Positions 11,723 to 26,080 of a stretch of DNA of 64,000 nucleotides are shown piece by piece. The DNA is from the human T2T-CHM13v2.0 reference genome, Homo sapiens. Below the pieces are notes generated by a model. The model was not told where the DNA came from. It saw only the letters and a program-made list of their open reading frames with translations, and made no database searches. The stretch lies in NCBI RefSeq assembly GCF_009914755.1, contig NC_060935.1. One strand, 5' to 3'. Position 1 is the stretch's first letter, and each line of letters opens with the position of its first letter. The position numbers were made by a program, and so were the translations under genes.

Positions 11723-13979
11723 GGAAGTTGAAATGTAATCACTCTTCTCCAGGTCACTGGATGCTTCCATGATTTTTGGTTTTGTTTTTCCCCTTCAGAA
11801 AATCTTGAACTGAGTAATCAGTATACGTTAAAAGAAAAAGATCTTATATATAAGAGATATGTACATTTGAAAATCTTAATAAAAAGATAATTTCCTACTA
11901 GTGTTAAAATTAAAGTGCGAGAGGAAACTGTTAACAGCAAGCTACTATATCTGAGTCTTAACACTTCCTGTCTACTGAAAAACAACATTAATTCAGAGTA
12001 TTAAAAATTAAATAAAACATGGAAAGCAGATAACACAAACTCTGACATATTGTATGAACTTAAAAATATACCCAATACATTTTTAATTCCATAATTTTAA
12101 GGGAGTAGTCCTATACTGCCCAGTACTCATATGACAACTCTTTCAAATGGACAAGCTCCTTAGTAACTTAACATCTATACTTTCTACTAATATTAGACTT
12201 GTTTACCTGCCAAGAATGTATTCAATTTTTGAATACCAGCAGAGTAGAAATCAGCCTCTTAAAAATCTGATAATGATGCACAGAGGTCCCAAAGGGCAGG
12301 AAAGTGAAACTTTTTTCCCTCACAACCCCCTAACGTAAAAACAAAACAAGATTATGAGGTTATAACATAAAAAAACAAGATTATAAGATTATAAGATTGT
12401 TAAACACATTTGATAAGATTTTCATTTTGAAATGTCACATTATTCTTTCTCCATAAGTAACATGAAAAATTGGCTAGGTCCATTAAATGAAAGCATATTA
12501 GATGCATTAAAGAATCTGATGTAAAGCAACAAAGTTATAGTCCAGCCTGCACCCCAAACACTAATTTCTTCCCAGCATTTCCATCAGGAAGCTTGCCTTA
12601 CCAGGTTTGCGTTTCATTCTCATTGGATTATTCTAAAAGTAGATGGAACCTACTGCTAGTACTCAAGTATTTACTGAACCACATACTTCCCAAAGTGTGC
12701 TGATTCCTTTCCATGGCTACCCCGAATGGAAAAACCTGTGCTTCTCACCATACATTCAGATATGGCCCCTGGTCCATCACATGAAGCCACGTGTGCTCTC
12801 TTAACTAGTGCCTGGGATGCACAGTAGATCCTTAATGTTTGGATTTTAAGAGATTACAACCAATCCTGATTGAAAAAAATGAAGACTGCCTATCTGTAGG
12901 TAGTTTTGAACCCAAGGCTTTGCCCCTATGTCTACCTTTTTTCTTTCTTTGCAGTACCCAGGCATTTTACCCTCTTTGCAGCCTTCTCCCTTAACATTCA
13001 GGTATTGCATCCGTCAGTTTCTCTGCAAAACAAGAGTAGGCAAAGCTTGTCCCTGCCTTGCAGTGAAGGCTTGCACCAAACTGGGGATGCCACCCTAGGC
13101 ATTGCAGGGAGCAGTGCAGGCACTCCACCTCCACATGGCCACCTACCTTCTGCCCTACTAGACCACATATGAAAGGTACAGTAAAAGAAATTATCCATTA
13201 AATTCATATTTGAACAGAAGTATAATTAGGTATCCTCTAGTTTTTACTGCCCCTTTTAGATAAAAGCAGGTTATTTTTGTTTTGATTCTAGTCATATGAA
13301 TGAAAGTTCCCTCACTTAAACATTTAATACACACACACACACACAGAGTACTAGACTAGGGGTACAGTGGTGAACAGACAAATAAGGTCCTTGTTTTCAT
13401 ATGGTTCTCAGAAGGGAAGTGTAAACAACTACTCTGTAGAAAAGGGTTTTCAGGCACTTAGAGCTTCAATCTTCTTGTCTGGTCGTAAAAATCAGACAAT
13501 CTGTAATAATGTGGATTGTTTAACCTTACGAGTCTTCTAACAAGTAATCAGAGTACCCAAACAGGCTTATAAATGTAAAAAACAATCAAACTAACCAAAA
13601 AGAGTACATTACAAATGAGGCCATTTCATTCCTTCCTTCATTCTAAGTTCGAATGAATTTATCAGCTAACAATCCTCCGTTTCTAGGAACCTTCCAAGAT
13701 TTGTCTTAATAGCCAAAGAACAACATTGATTTTCCCTTAACCCTTTTGTCCCAATTGTCCACAGACAGAACTGAAGTCCTTCCTAGGGACCTACTTCTCA
13801 GTTACCCCCAGGGAATCCCCTGACAAAGATGCTCCTCTAATTGAGGCAGGCTCAACCCTTGGCCAGCACCAGGGTCTGTGCCTCACTAGCTCATTCCCCT
13901 CCAGGCAGCTGATGGAAACTTCTCCCCTTCTACTACTGATTCTCAAGAAGCAGTCTGGAAGCATGGTGGACAGAATGCG

Positions 13980-13985
13980 TTTATT
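13980..13985 (-). terminator. TRIM68: Probable TRIM68 polyadenylation signal AATAAA
   Basis: tttatt on + strand ~1.6 kb past the stop codon; site usage is inferred. Confidence 0.6.
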
Positions 13986-14504
13986 TCTCCAGTTTGGCCT
14001 ATTTTAACTCCTACATACATGAACAGCCAATACAATTAAAGTAGAAACACAATTTTTAATATTCCTTATCACAGCCATTTGAAGCTCCTTTCTGCCCAAA
14101 AGGTCTAGACTGCCAGCAGAGGCCCTGAGACAAAGGCACTGCTATAAGATGCAGACTGTATCATGGCACAGTGGGAAAGTCACCATGTGCAAAATCCACG
14201 GCTTGCCTGCCTCTATGCCTCAGACAGGAACAAATCATGGGATGGATCTGGGATCTATACAACAGCTCCATGAGGCAGGACAATCATATGAGGTTTTATG
14301 CTGAATTACACCCATTTTCCCAATGAGGACACATAAAACCTCCCAAACATGTGAGAAGTTTCAGACCCAAATATAATAAGTGATGTATAGGCATGTGACC
14401 TGCGAAGTGAGTTTGTCAACCTTGTTTCACTTGAGTGTGAAAAATGCTTTATAATTTTGATAATCTTACCTTCAGCAGCTTTGTAAGAAATAACTTGCTC
14501 CAGG

Positions 14505-14905
<401 letters not shown>

Positions 14906-15565
14906 CTAGGACACTGGTCTACTGGAGTCCAAGGGACAGTGATTTGCCCAGCTTGTGCTCAGAGAGGGAACGGCAGTGGGGTGGCTTGGGCAGGTCTGTG
15001 TCCCCCTGCTGCACTGAATTTCTCTTGCCAGGAGGTCAGAAGGTGAGAGTCACATAAAGGTTGCTTAGTTATAGCAAACCTCAGGGGAAGCATCCTCTGA
15101 CTGGCCTCAGCACAACAACCAGCTCTGGGTATGCGCAGCATTTTTTTGGCCTATTGGGAAAGCCCATCTAATGGTGTCCTGAAGACTGTATCTACTTCAT
15201 CATCCTCACTGACTGAACTGTGACACCGGACGGGAATCAGGGAAGAGGGTGGTTGGCTACTACATGGACAAAGTCCTGATCCTTACCCCAACGAGTCACC
15301 TTAGAACTGCTCTGATCCTCACCATCAGCCCTGTCGTGCTTCCCTCATGGGATGCAATGCTCATTTGACTGGGCCTCTGCTTTTTAAAATAAGTGGTTTC
15401 ATGACAGACTTCAGCCTGGTAGCAAAGACCAAAGGATCAGACAGAGGAATCCTTGGATACTGGGCTCAGCTCAGTTTCAGGGGATACCTGTCAGTGGCTC
15501 GGTCCTCCAAGCCCCATGGGGGCCAGGCCCAATTCCAAGCCTCTGTGGTTAGGGTGGTAGCTTTC

Positions 15566-16116
15566 TTAGTCCTCCCCATCCAGGGAGCAGATGGCCAGAG
15601 GAGCAGTGTTGTTGGTTCCAATGCTGTAGCAAGGACTAAAATAGGGCAGGAGGCGCCCAGGGAAGGGATAGCGGGGGAAAGTGAAGATGTGGGAGCCACA
15701 GTCAGTCACATTGTAGAAAGAAATGTCATGGGCCTCATAATCCACGAAGATTCCCACCCGGCGAGGAGGGACCGGCAAGGACAGGATTGGGTACTCATCG
15801 GTGCCTGCTCGGTACTCATTTCCCTTCCTCAGCCTTATCACCCAGAATCCATAGTGGGGGGATAAGTAGACCACCTCCTTCCGGTCTACATTTTGCTTAC
15901 ATACTCCCAGGCCCCACTCAGACCTGTCTCCCACCTCCACCTCCCAGTAGTGCCGGCCTGAGGAGATGCACTGGCTTCCCAGGACGATATTATAGCGGTA
16001 AAATCTCTCAGGATTGTCTGGCAGTTTCTGGTTGGTGTCTCCATAGTGCACACGTTTTCTGTCCTCAGACACGATGAGACGGGAGTAAGCAGTATCTGGA
16101 TCCAAGCGCACATCAG
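15566..16116 (-). CDS. TRIM68: TRIM68 last coding exon (PRY-SPRY/B30.2), 551 nt
   Basis: LDPDTA, HYWEVEV, RVGIFVDYE and LLPYFSP motifs; acceptor cttttcttctag. Confidence 0.95.
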
Positions 16117-16316
16117 CTAGAAGAAAAGGTCCTGGTTGGTAACAGTGATATAGGGCCAGGGGACATGGGTGAGAGCCCTCTGATAAATTCAGCCACAGAT
16201 TTCTCAATGATGAAGGGGCGAGGCTGGATGGAGCACCCAGAGGGCACTGAACCATTTTCTATCTCTGGGAGGGGTCCCTCCCACTGTCCACTACAGTCTC
16301 CCCCAGGATCCATTAC

Positions 16317-16417
16317 CTGCATAAGTCTTCAGGATCTCTCTTAGCCCCAGCACACGGCAATCTGTCTTCAACTCCAGGGAGATTGGTTCTGGCTGCTGCA
16401 AGCTCCAAGATTTGCTC
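16317..16417 (-). CDS. TRIM68: TRIM68 coding exon, 101 nt
   Basis: ctctaccag acceptor, GTAATG donor, phase fits neighbours. Confidence 0.9.
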
Positions 16418-16953
16418 CTGGTAGAGGAGGGTGAACCTCAGGGCCAGGAGTCCCGGCTTTGTCACATGGGCCTTATCTTAGTACAGGGAAGAGGGGCTTG
16501 GCCAGGGACATAGTGAACCCCAGCAAAGCAGAGACATGATGGTTACGGTTATTTGGCTGAGCCTCAAGCTGTTTGTGTGCAGAGGTGAGAACACCTGCAT
16601 GCCCATGCTATGGGAAGGGTTGGATGTATATTTGATTCTGGGAGAGGAAGAAGTGCACACATTTTCTGTCGGACATGAAGGAGTCATGGGCAGTCTTTTA
16701 TCCTCTTTGAGCAATCTACTTGAAACCACATATTTTACAGCTTCACTTGATATACATTTGATCAAGTACAAAGAAGAAAAAGGAAAGATCAACAAAGATT
16801 CCTTAGCCATTACCATGTAAGTGGGACGAGACTGTGGACCAGCACCTGCTTTTCTGTGTGCACCGAGTCTGTGCTCCGTCCCTACTTCTGGCTCTAGTTA
16901 GGCCTCACTATCCCCTACAGGGCTGCTTAGAGGCTCCAAGGGTGAGAACATAC

Positions 16954-16976
16954 CTGTTTAACACTTCCTGAATATC
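16954..16976 (-). CDS. TRIM68: TRIM68 23-nt micro-exon (DIQEVLNR)
   Basis: ttctccttccag acceptor, GTATGT donor; a 23-nt exon is typical of TRIM5/21-type genes. Confidence 0.9.
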
Positions 16977-17441
16977 CTGGAAGGAGAAAAAAAAATGCAG
17001 CATCTGAGTAAGTGCTATTCCTCAGAGGGAACAGACATCGAACTGGCAGGGAGTTTCTCTAGGGGAAGGGAGACAGATACCAAGAATGGAGAGATGCCAT
17101 GCAGAGGTAAGGAGAAGCCTATGGAAGGATGGAAGAGCAGGCTGAGCTTTGGCTGAACTGGCCAATTTCAGGCTCCATCTCAAGACTCTCGGGCTAGAGG
17201 AGAGGGCCTGGAATGACGCCAGAGCTGCCTGAGCACTGCCCCACCTATGATGCTACAACAGACCAGGTCATCCACCAGCCAGGGATAGGGAAACAGCAGG
17301 TATTAGCTGGGGAAACACAGGATCCATGACCAGCTGGCAGAGGGCTGGCAGTCCCTACTGAAGGGTAACTGATGCTCTCTCCTGGAGTCTCAGTCTATCT
17401 TCAGCTGTCACTCAGGGTTACCAGGAAAACCTACTACTCAC

Positions 17442-17702
17442 CTGCAACATCCAGCGGACAGGCCTCTGCGACCTCTCTTTCAACTCTGCAATCATCCTCC
17501 ACAGGACCTGGCTCTGCTGGATGAGCTCGCTATGGTTCAACTCCAGTTTCTGCATGGTCTCCGCTGCCTCCCGCTGTAGGCTGGCCAGAGCTGCTGCTAC
17601 CTCTGCCCCCAGCTGCCGATGTGGTGGCTGCTTTTTCTCTAGTAATCGCTGGTATTTTTCAAACTCCCATACAATACTCTGTTTTCGGGTTTCCACCTGT
17701 AT
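17442..17702 (-). CDS. TRIM68: TRIM68 coiled-coil exon, 261 nt
   Basis: IQVETRK...WMLQ; ctccacag acceptor, GTGAGT donor. Confidence 0.92.
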
Positions 17703-18534
17703 CTGTGGAGCCAAGATGGAAATCAGCACTGATACTTTCAGTCACCCAGTATCGAGCATACTGACATATGCATACACACATACTCTGCAATGGTACCAAC
17801 CACGTGACAGGCTATGCAGGGGCAAAGATAAAGGATACTATTTTTCCCAGCTTCCTGTTCTCCCAGCTCCACCACATGCTTCTAGGTCTCTATTGTCACT
17901 CTTATTGACTCCAGTAGGGTCCAGGATATTATCTTAATACTACATGCTCTAGACTATTTTCCATTTTCAGAATAATGACAAGATGTGTTACATTTAAGTC
18001 TCTAAGGCAGTGTAACTTAACTACACTGTTAGGTGGTTCATTTTCATGTTGATATTATATCTGTTCAACATGCTGTTTTAGATTGGTTCAGTGTTACTTT
18101 CTGTTGATCAAAAGTTCTAGTAGTTTGATACTTACTGGCCTCAAATTTATTTCAGAGGTGATTTTACAATATTTTAATAACCAGACTCTTAGCAAATATT
18201 CTCTAACTTGGGAAAATGAAAGAGAAACTCTGCTTTACAAGCATGATATAAGCCATGCCACTGTGAGCTGACACACGTGAGCATGTGCTTTTCCTTTCTC
18301 ATATAGGAGGATACAAGACCAGAGGTTATCCCTACATCCCCATGGAGAAACTGGAATTAAGAGGTGACGTGGCCTACCTAAGGCCTGGGACAGAGAAAGC
18401 AGGGATTAGAACCCTAGGCTCTGTGATTTCAAGCCTCACATTCTGCCTCACAGTGATGAGAATGCTACCCTAGGCCAGCTCCAGGACCACACAGGACGAC
18501 TGACACAAACTCCTTTCCCCACGAGGCAACCTGC

Positions 18535-18630
18535 CTTCCAGGTGGCAGTTCGTTTCCTTTCACCAACTTCAAGCTTCCAGGCCTCTTCTTGCTCTTTCTT
18601 CAGATGTTCGAGGGCCTCATGAAGTTCCCA
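18535..18630 (-). CDS. TRIM68: TRIM68 96-nt exon with GC donor
   Basis: WELHEAL...TATWK; tctcttgcag acceptor; in-frame donor AAG|GCAGGT. Confidence 0.85.
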
Positions 18631-18957
18631 CTGCAAGAGACAAAACCCTCATGAGGCCACCTCCGGCAGCCTAGGCTTCCTAGCACTGGGAGGCTATGGG
18701 AGAACCAGAGTCCTTCAGGCAACCGGCCACAGTGAAGGCTGTGGGGAAAGGGAATGCCACAGAGGAAGCAGACTCTGCCCAGATGACATCCGAGGTAGCT
18801 CTCTGGGCTGAGAATCATTTCAACTCCCACAGTCTCTAAATGTCTGTAAACTGGAAGAAAAGGTCCATTTACAACCTCTCCACAAAAGTACCTTGGACTT
18901 TCCTTTCCATGCCAATTTTTATCCTTATCTTATTTATTTTTATCTTACTGTCTGCCA

Positions 18958-19128
18958 GAACCTTGTTACTCCAAATGTGGTTCAAGTGGATCAGCAGCAT
19001 CCACATCACCTAGGAGCTTGTTAGAAATGCAGAATCTTGGCCTTACTTTAGACCTACCAAATGAGAATCTCAATTTTAGATGGATCTCCCAGGTGGTTCA
19101 TATGCTTATTAAGGGTAAGAAGCACTTT
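18958..19128. mobile_element. MER5A-like hAT-Charlie DNA transposon remnant
   Basis: cagcagcat..catcacctaggagcttgttagaaatgcagaatct resembles the MER5A core. Confidence 0.7.
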
Positions 19129-20368
19129 CCTAGAATAGTAATGCAAGGGATTTCTACTGAAAAGCATAAACTGTGCAGAAACACCATTTAATTCTGCTAT
19201 TTTAACAAAATAGCAACTATTTTGTTAAAATATATCAAGTGTCAGGTATATTTTCAGCTCTAAATATGCATGTGATACTTACAATCCTCTGAGGCTGGTA
19301 TTAACCTTATTTTATAGACAAGAAAACTGAGGCTTAGAGGGTGACCTACCCAAAGTCATTCAGGTAATAAATGGTTGGGCTGGGATTTCATCCAGCCCTT
19401 TACCCCTATGTTATACTAGCTCCCTTTTCTAATAGTCTCAAAAACAGAATGAGTTAGTAAATACTTTTCATATTTTAGAAATCCCTCCCATATAGGAAAA
19501 AAGCTAATTCAGGGGATTTGTCTTACACTCTCACCTTCCTATTTCAACTCCAAAAAAGAGAGTTGAGACCAATGCTGGATCACTGGATCACAGAATCACT
19601 GAGATAATGGTTCCGATAAAGATGTCATTATGGGCATCTGATGAAAGAGTAAAGAGAAGCCCAGAAGCTGGAAGTTGATGAGGTTAGCTACAAAAAAGGA
19701 GTCCCAGGTTTGTCAGAGATGACTTGTCAAACAAACAAACTTGGGAGAGGAGAAAGAGCAAGAAGACTTGAGTCACAGCCTCTGATCTTCCTTTCACTAA
19801 CTGGACCTGAAGTCAGAAAGGACCTGAGAAGACTATATCAGATGACCTCTCTCAATCTTGTGACTCACCCATAGTTCTTTCCACCTCTAAAATAAATTGC
19901 CATGTTTTCAACTTTCTAAGCCTCACTTTTGTCTATAAAATGAAGGAGGGAAGTGATCCATTCAATGCCAAATGACTACTTGCAGCACTGCTAGGAGGAG
20001 TTTGCAGGTCAGGTGTAGCCTTGACCATCTATATAAGAGCCTCATGCCTAAACTCATCCAAGGCATCCAGAATCTCAGTTAAAACCCAAACTGTTTTCCT
20101 TCACATTCTCATTACTGAAATCAGCCTTGGGTTAGGAATTGAGCCCTGTTAGGATGTAGGTGTAGAGGAAGTGGGAGAGCAGGAAATCAAGGAAGGTCAT
20201 GAATACAAGGAAAGGTATAGCTCTCTGTATCAGATTCCAGGGATCTCTGGGTGTCAGGAACCAAAGGAGTTAGCTCTCAGTCTGTGGTGCTGGTGGTCAA
20301 GCCCTTGATCTAGAAACAGCCAACTTGGGGCCGGGGTTAGACTGGAGTGGCCAGCTTCCATCTCTCAC

Positions 20369-20794
20369 CTTGTACTCCCAGGCAACATCCTCCATTGGCA
20401 CAACACTGTGGGCCTCATGCTCTGGGGACTGGCTGCAGGCCTCACACATTATCAAGACATCCTCTTTGCAGAACATCTTCAGCTTTTCCCCATGGCGCTC
20501 ACACAGGTCACCCTTCAGCCCCATTCCTGGATGTAGCCTTAGCAGACGGACTTTTTCTACAACATTGGCCAGCTGCCAATTAGGCCGCAGGTTCCTTGGC
20601 TGGACAGGAGCTCGACAGAGGGGACAGGTGTAACCCCAGTTCTGGGATTCTCCTGGGATCTCCCAGAGTCCAGAGAGACAGCTGTGGCAGAAGCTGTGGC
20701 CACAGTCAATGCTCATGGGCTCCCTCAGGAAGGTCATACAGATGGGACAGGCCACTTCTTCCACAATGGCTTCCACCAAGGCTGTGGGATCCAT
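20369..20794 (-). CDS. TRIM68: TRIM68 first coding exon (RING + B-box2), 426 nt coding; exon begins at 20851
   Basis: CPIC..CGHSFCHSC..CPLC RING and CERH..C..CEAC..H..H B-box; exon sum 426+96+261+23+101+551=1458 nt = 485 aa + stop. Confidence 0.96.
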
Positions 20795-23099
20795 GGTTCC
20801 TTCTCACACCCTCCTCAGAACATGAATGAAACCAGGGAGAAGTAGTAAAGGCTGAGAAGAAGAAAAGAAAGACAAATAAGAGAAAAAGGTAACAGAGGAA
20901 CAGAGAGATCAGTAACAGGAATAATTAATTTCTGGGGGAAAACCACCTTCCTTTTGACCCTTTACTGACCTTCTTTAATAAGCATTGGCCTTTCCAACTG
21001 AAGGGTGCATGGTCTGAACGGGCCACATTACTCATACCATGAAGGGGATAATGGGGATGCCTAAGTGAGTGAATATTGGGAGTCCTCGGTTTTCATTCAC
21101 TTGGTCAACTCTGATTTTCCTCTGGGTTTGCTCTACTTGACCATTACCACTCCAATCATGCTCTACAAATCAGCATTATTTCTCTTAAACTTGGGTAAGT
21201 TCACATAAAATGTGGTATTTCAGTATCTGAAGTAAGGCCATAAATACCTCCAGCCTCACTCTCTGGTATGTTTATATTTACATTAATATAATTCAAAGTG
21301 TCAAAAGGTAGTATGCCAGAAGCCCATTGCCTACAAGCTCAATTTGTTTTCTTGTGTTGCACACTAAAATGCAAAAACTGTAAAGGAAACAGCAGTTCTT
21401 TTCCTGTGCCTTTTAAACCCCTGCCCACTGCTCCAGCACTAATGTACTTATTATTCACCAAGATGTCAAGGTAGTCTTCTGAGCTTTTAGTGATATGCTA
21501 GAAGCAGAGATGAAATAACATCCCTTGGAGATTAAAACAAAGATCATTTGATGATCATCACACCCATATTGATGAAATCACTACACCAGCAAGAAATCTG
21601 AGATTTTTGCCAGGGCCACATATGGGCATGGAACTTGGTCAATGGCAGGCTCTTGGCTCAGTTGGCAATATTTATTCATTCACTTTGCTAGTTTGTGTTA
21701 CCAGCTAGAATCTATACAAGGAAGGGCCATGTTGATCCTAGTTCCTGTTGTATCCTCAGCACCTAAACAGCACCTGCAATGCAGATATTGCTGAGTAAAT
21801 ATTTGTTGAATGAATTAACCAGCTAGACATAGGAAATAGTTCCTAAACCCAAAATCCTTTTAGCATTTGTGAGGTAAATTGAGAGCATACATTAATAATA
21901 AAAGCAAGCACTCTTTGAGCAGTTCTATGATGTGCCAGGCACTGTTCTGAGCACTTTACATGAATTAAGTTGGTTTATTTCACAACCCTAGGCAGAGGCC
22001 ATTATTGTTCTCATTTTACAGATGTTTGGCTTGGGGCTCTGCCATCTATCTTGGGCAAATTTCTTAACCTCTTTAGCTTTAAGGTATAATACAAATTCAA
22101 GAGGAGAGAAAAATCACTGTGGTTTAGCGCAGTCCAGTAGCAGGAAGCAGGAAGCAGAGCAGTAAATCTTGCAGGACTCTGATATGCCATTGGCAGGGCA
22201 TGCCTTCTCACTAGACTCCCTGCCTCCTGCTTTTCTTCCTCCCACTATCACTACCAAACTGTGGGATCCAGTATCCTAAAACCTCATTTTGGTAAATCAC
22301 TAACTTACTAAATAATCTATCCTGGCTCCCGGTTAACAAGATCTCTCCTTGAAACAGCACCTGTGCCCAGCTAGGCAAAGGAATAAACTTCCACACACTC
22401 CCGCAAACCCCTCGTCCATTCAATCTACCTGACTTGGGTGCCTGCTATTCTCCCAGCTGAAAATGACTTCTACATGATCCTGCCTTTGACGTCATTTGCC
22501 ATGTATTCGTCTATTGTCTTACTTCCCATACTAGAACTTTTTCATGTGGATAGGGTCATTGTCTGTTTTGTCCATTTCTATTTCCCCAGTGCCAAGAACA
22601 GTGCCTCAAATACTTGTTGAATACGTGAAAACTAAATGTAAATGTTGAGTTCCAACCGATAGTAGATTGAAAGTGGAGGATGTGTTAATATCCTTAGCTA
22701 AGTCAGTAGAGACATTAAGAGACACCATCTAAAGTCAATAAAACAATAAATGGAAGTTGATACCCATTATTTAAAGCTACAAATGGAAGACCTAAAATAG
22801 CGATGGAAAATTGACAAGATTGTGGCAGTAAGAAAGTAAGGCAAAGAAATATCAAAATGATAAATCCAGAAATACAGTGGAACGCATATTATTTTGATTT
22901 AGGGTGCTAAAAACATCTAAATGGGGACAAACTAAAAGTGGCAGCCTCTGCAAAGATCTGGGGATGGGTAGTTACTGCTCTTCAAAATAAGACCTGCTTT
23001 AATGTTTGACTTTTTATTATACATGAATTACTTTGAGAAAATTCAAATAATTAAACGTTCGGTTGCTTTGACTGTGCCTTCCGTAGGGTACAGCGAGAG

Positions 23100-23680
23100 T
23101 CTGAGAAGGGCATTTGAGAAGGGGGCGGGGCCTGGAAGACTTCCAGTTAGGACCCCAGCGGGAAGGGAGTCGAGGGGCGGGCGGTAACCTCCGGAGTCAG
23201 GGAGCAGCTCCTGGCCTGGCCACAGGGCGTTGGGCAGGTCCCCAGGACAGCGGGCGGGTGGGGGTAAAGCGAGCGTGCGGGATCTGACTTCAGAAAAGGC
23301 AGAGTTATCTACCCACCTCCCTCCTCGGCCCGGACTGGCGCTTCGCGGCGGAAACTCAAAGTGAAGAAGCCTGGTTCCGCAGCGTCCAATGGCCCAGCGT
23401 CAGAAGCTGCCGTTCCCGGCAGCTCAGCACTTAGGGCCAGAGAGCGGCAGAGGCCCAGAACCCAAAGCCCGGCAGCGCAGGCCCAGTAGCCCGCAGCTCC
23501 CAGGATACTACACCCGGCTCTAGGCCCCGCTCGCGGGACGGCAGCCAATGAGCGGCCGGCTGGGCCCAGGTTGGCTTCGCCCAGGGGGCGGTGTGTTTGT
23601 GGGGGCAGCCAATCACAGGCAGGGACCAGGGTACCCCTAGCCAATTGGTGATGAGACGGGGGTTTCGGCGCTTCTAGGCA
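23100..23680 (-). promoter_or_regulatory. TRIM68: TRIM68 CpG-rich promoter and non-coding exon 1 (donor GAG|GTGGGT at 23317/23316)
   Basis: Most CpG-dense region of the window; CCAAT boxes at 23545, 23609 and 23641, GC box at ~23584. Confidence 0.8.
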
Positions 23681-26047
23681 TGTCAATGTTTTTTCTCTAC
23701 TTCCTGGGTTTTTCTGGTCCCTTCACCGACTCAGATTCCCTTAAACTGTAGAGGGTTCTAGGAGTTAGTTCTAGGATAGGTCAAAGGATTGAGGCTCCCA
23801 AATGATGCCGCTCAGGCACTGCATTAAGAGAGGCTCAGGTGGCTATTCATTTGCCAGTTTGACTTGTTAAACTCAGAAGCCTGAGATTGGCCAAGTCTGG
23901 TTCTGTGACCCATCTTAGCAAAGGGTTGGGCGCACATATGGTGTGGACTCTGCTGTTCCTGGCAAGATTCGCGACCTCTCATGGTTCCAGGCTTTAAATA
24001 CTGGGTTCTTAAACAAAACAAAACAAAACAAAACAAAACCCTCTCTTTTTTCGTTTTTACTTCAGCAACCAGCTTGTCATCACTATTGCCACAATCCACT
24101 TTTAGAGTGAAAAACAGACAACAGAGACCGGGAGTTGATGGAGAAATGGAAACCCTGGTCAAAAATTGTCATTAAAAAAGGAAAAAAAAATTAAACAACT
24201 GGTATCCCTTCCTCACCCAAACACATAGACACATGCACGCACACACAAAAACTGTTACTTAAGACAGTGATATGGGTTTTTCTTTGTACTCCCAGGGCCT
24301 TGTCCTTCTCTTGACACTTAGGTTTTAATAAGCAAGTGAAGGCACCTCCTATCCGCATAGAAAATAACCAGGAAATCTTCCAATTGAAGCTCGGTTCCAA
24401 ATTATATAATATCTTAATTGTTAGGACAGATACTCCAGAATGCTCATGCCAGTGTCTGAGCCCCGGCCATGGTTAAAATTCTGAAGGGTGAGGCCCAGAA
24501 ATTTCCTGCAACAAATAGGTCTATGAGAAAAAACAAAAGTATCTTAGGTCTGAGCTGTACCCTCTGTCTCACCCAGTTTTGGAGAAATGGCTGCTCTAAT
24601 AGAATAATGAATGGATTAATTGAAATAAGCCATTTTAAACATTTATTTAACATCAATTTTCTTGACAATATTTTACTGGGTGCTGGGATTACAACTATGG
24701 GACATATAGTCTCTGCCTTTAAGGAGCTGAAGGTCAAGTTGGTTGTACTGCTCTGGAATCTCTGTGAAGTTAAAACAGTTAATGGGGAGATCATTTTCAT
24801 GTGTAAGGTGCAATTTGTAACTATGATGGACTGTCAAGAACCCTGGCAATCAGGGTAGCTGGGGGTGGGGGCTTGTGTTCATGTGGGGAAGGCTGGAGAG
24901 AGGGCTTTTGAAGACAGACCAGTTTACTTCCAAGGCATAGAAGCTTTCCTTTACAGATGTCTTCAGAATGTTTTGTTTGTTTGTTTATTTGTTTGCTGTG
25001 AGACAGGTGTGTCCAGGTGAGGCTCTGTCGTGGACAAATTCCACAGCTGTAGCTGCAGACCCCAACCCTCTGCCCTGAATCCAGGATAGACCAGGACAAC
25101 AAGATGAGTGGCTAACTGTAGGATGGTGTCCATCTGTGCTCTAGGGGAGGAGTAGCATCAAAGGAGAAGCAAGAACTGAGAACTGTTTGGGGCACTGAAG
25201 AAGTAGGACTAAGGAAGAGTTAGGGGGTTAGTACAAATCTGAGGCCTGGTTTTCTGGAAAGAGACCAGAGACTGACCTTATTGCATGTCATACAACATGC
25301 TTGCTTAGAGACCCCTAATTTATTTTCTTCTCTTACTCTTTCTGAGGAAGCATGAGCCACACCCTCAGTTAGTTTTGTATAATCTTAGGCTTGATGAGAA
25401 TATAATCTTAGTCTTGAAGGCTTTAAAGGGGAAGAAATAGCTGTCTGTGTTAGTGGTGTGTCAGTCAGCAGGAGAACCTGCTAGGGGTGGAAGGAGGAGG
25501 GTAGGAGTATAGCCTAGACCATGAGTAGATACCCCGCTCCACCTTGAAAGTCTCCTACTGGACCTCTTATGATGGAGTTAATACCTCCTGTTTCCTCTAT
25601 TCCAGATTGTTTTCAGTTTCCAGAAGGCAAAACTGACATCTCCCAGGAGTCCAAGTAGGAGATTAGGGCCTCCCGTCCCTATCTACTCAGTGCTAGCCTT
25701 GGCTAAGAGAGAGGAAATTCCTGCCTAGAGGGGAAAATCTGCAGGACTTCGTTACCACTTTCACTTTGGCAGAGGAAGGAGGTCAGGGATGGAAGGGGAA
25801 GTGAGTCTAGAAATTAAAACATAGAATTCTGTCTACAGGTGGTGGAGAGCCTTTCTGAAAGTGCTTCTGGGTTGAGGCTGTCACCTAGATTTTATATTAG
25901 AGTTTAAGTGTTCCAAAAAATTAAGAAGCAGGAAGTAGAAAAGAGAACAATTTCAGAAGCAGACGAAAGGAACAGTAATAGGAAGATCTAGCAAGGATGT
26001 GGTGGGGCAGTTTCAGTGTGAGATGCCATGGACAGGAAAATGGCAGC

Positions 26048-26050
<3 letters not shown>

Positions 26051-26078
<28 letters not shown>
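26051..26078. repeat. (TG)14 microsatellite
   Basis: Direct reading. Confidence 0.95.

Positions 26079-26080
<2 letters not shown>

Noticed and set aside
12340-12420. Short aagattat repeats; also a 15-bp tandem at 52266-52295
   Set aside because: Slippage duplications with no repeat-spacer structure; not CRISPR-like
16117-16255. Apparent stand-alone 229-aa SPRY protein
   Set aside because: The N-terminal part is open intron sequence upstream of the acceptor at 16117
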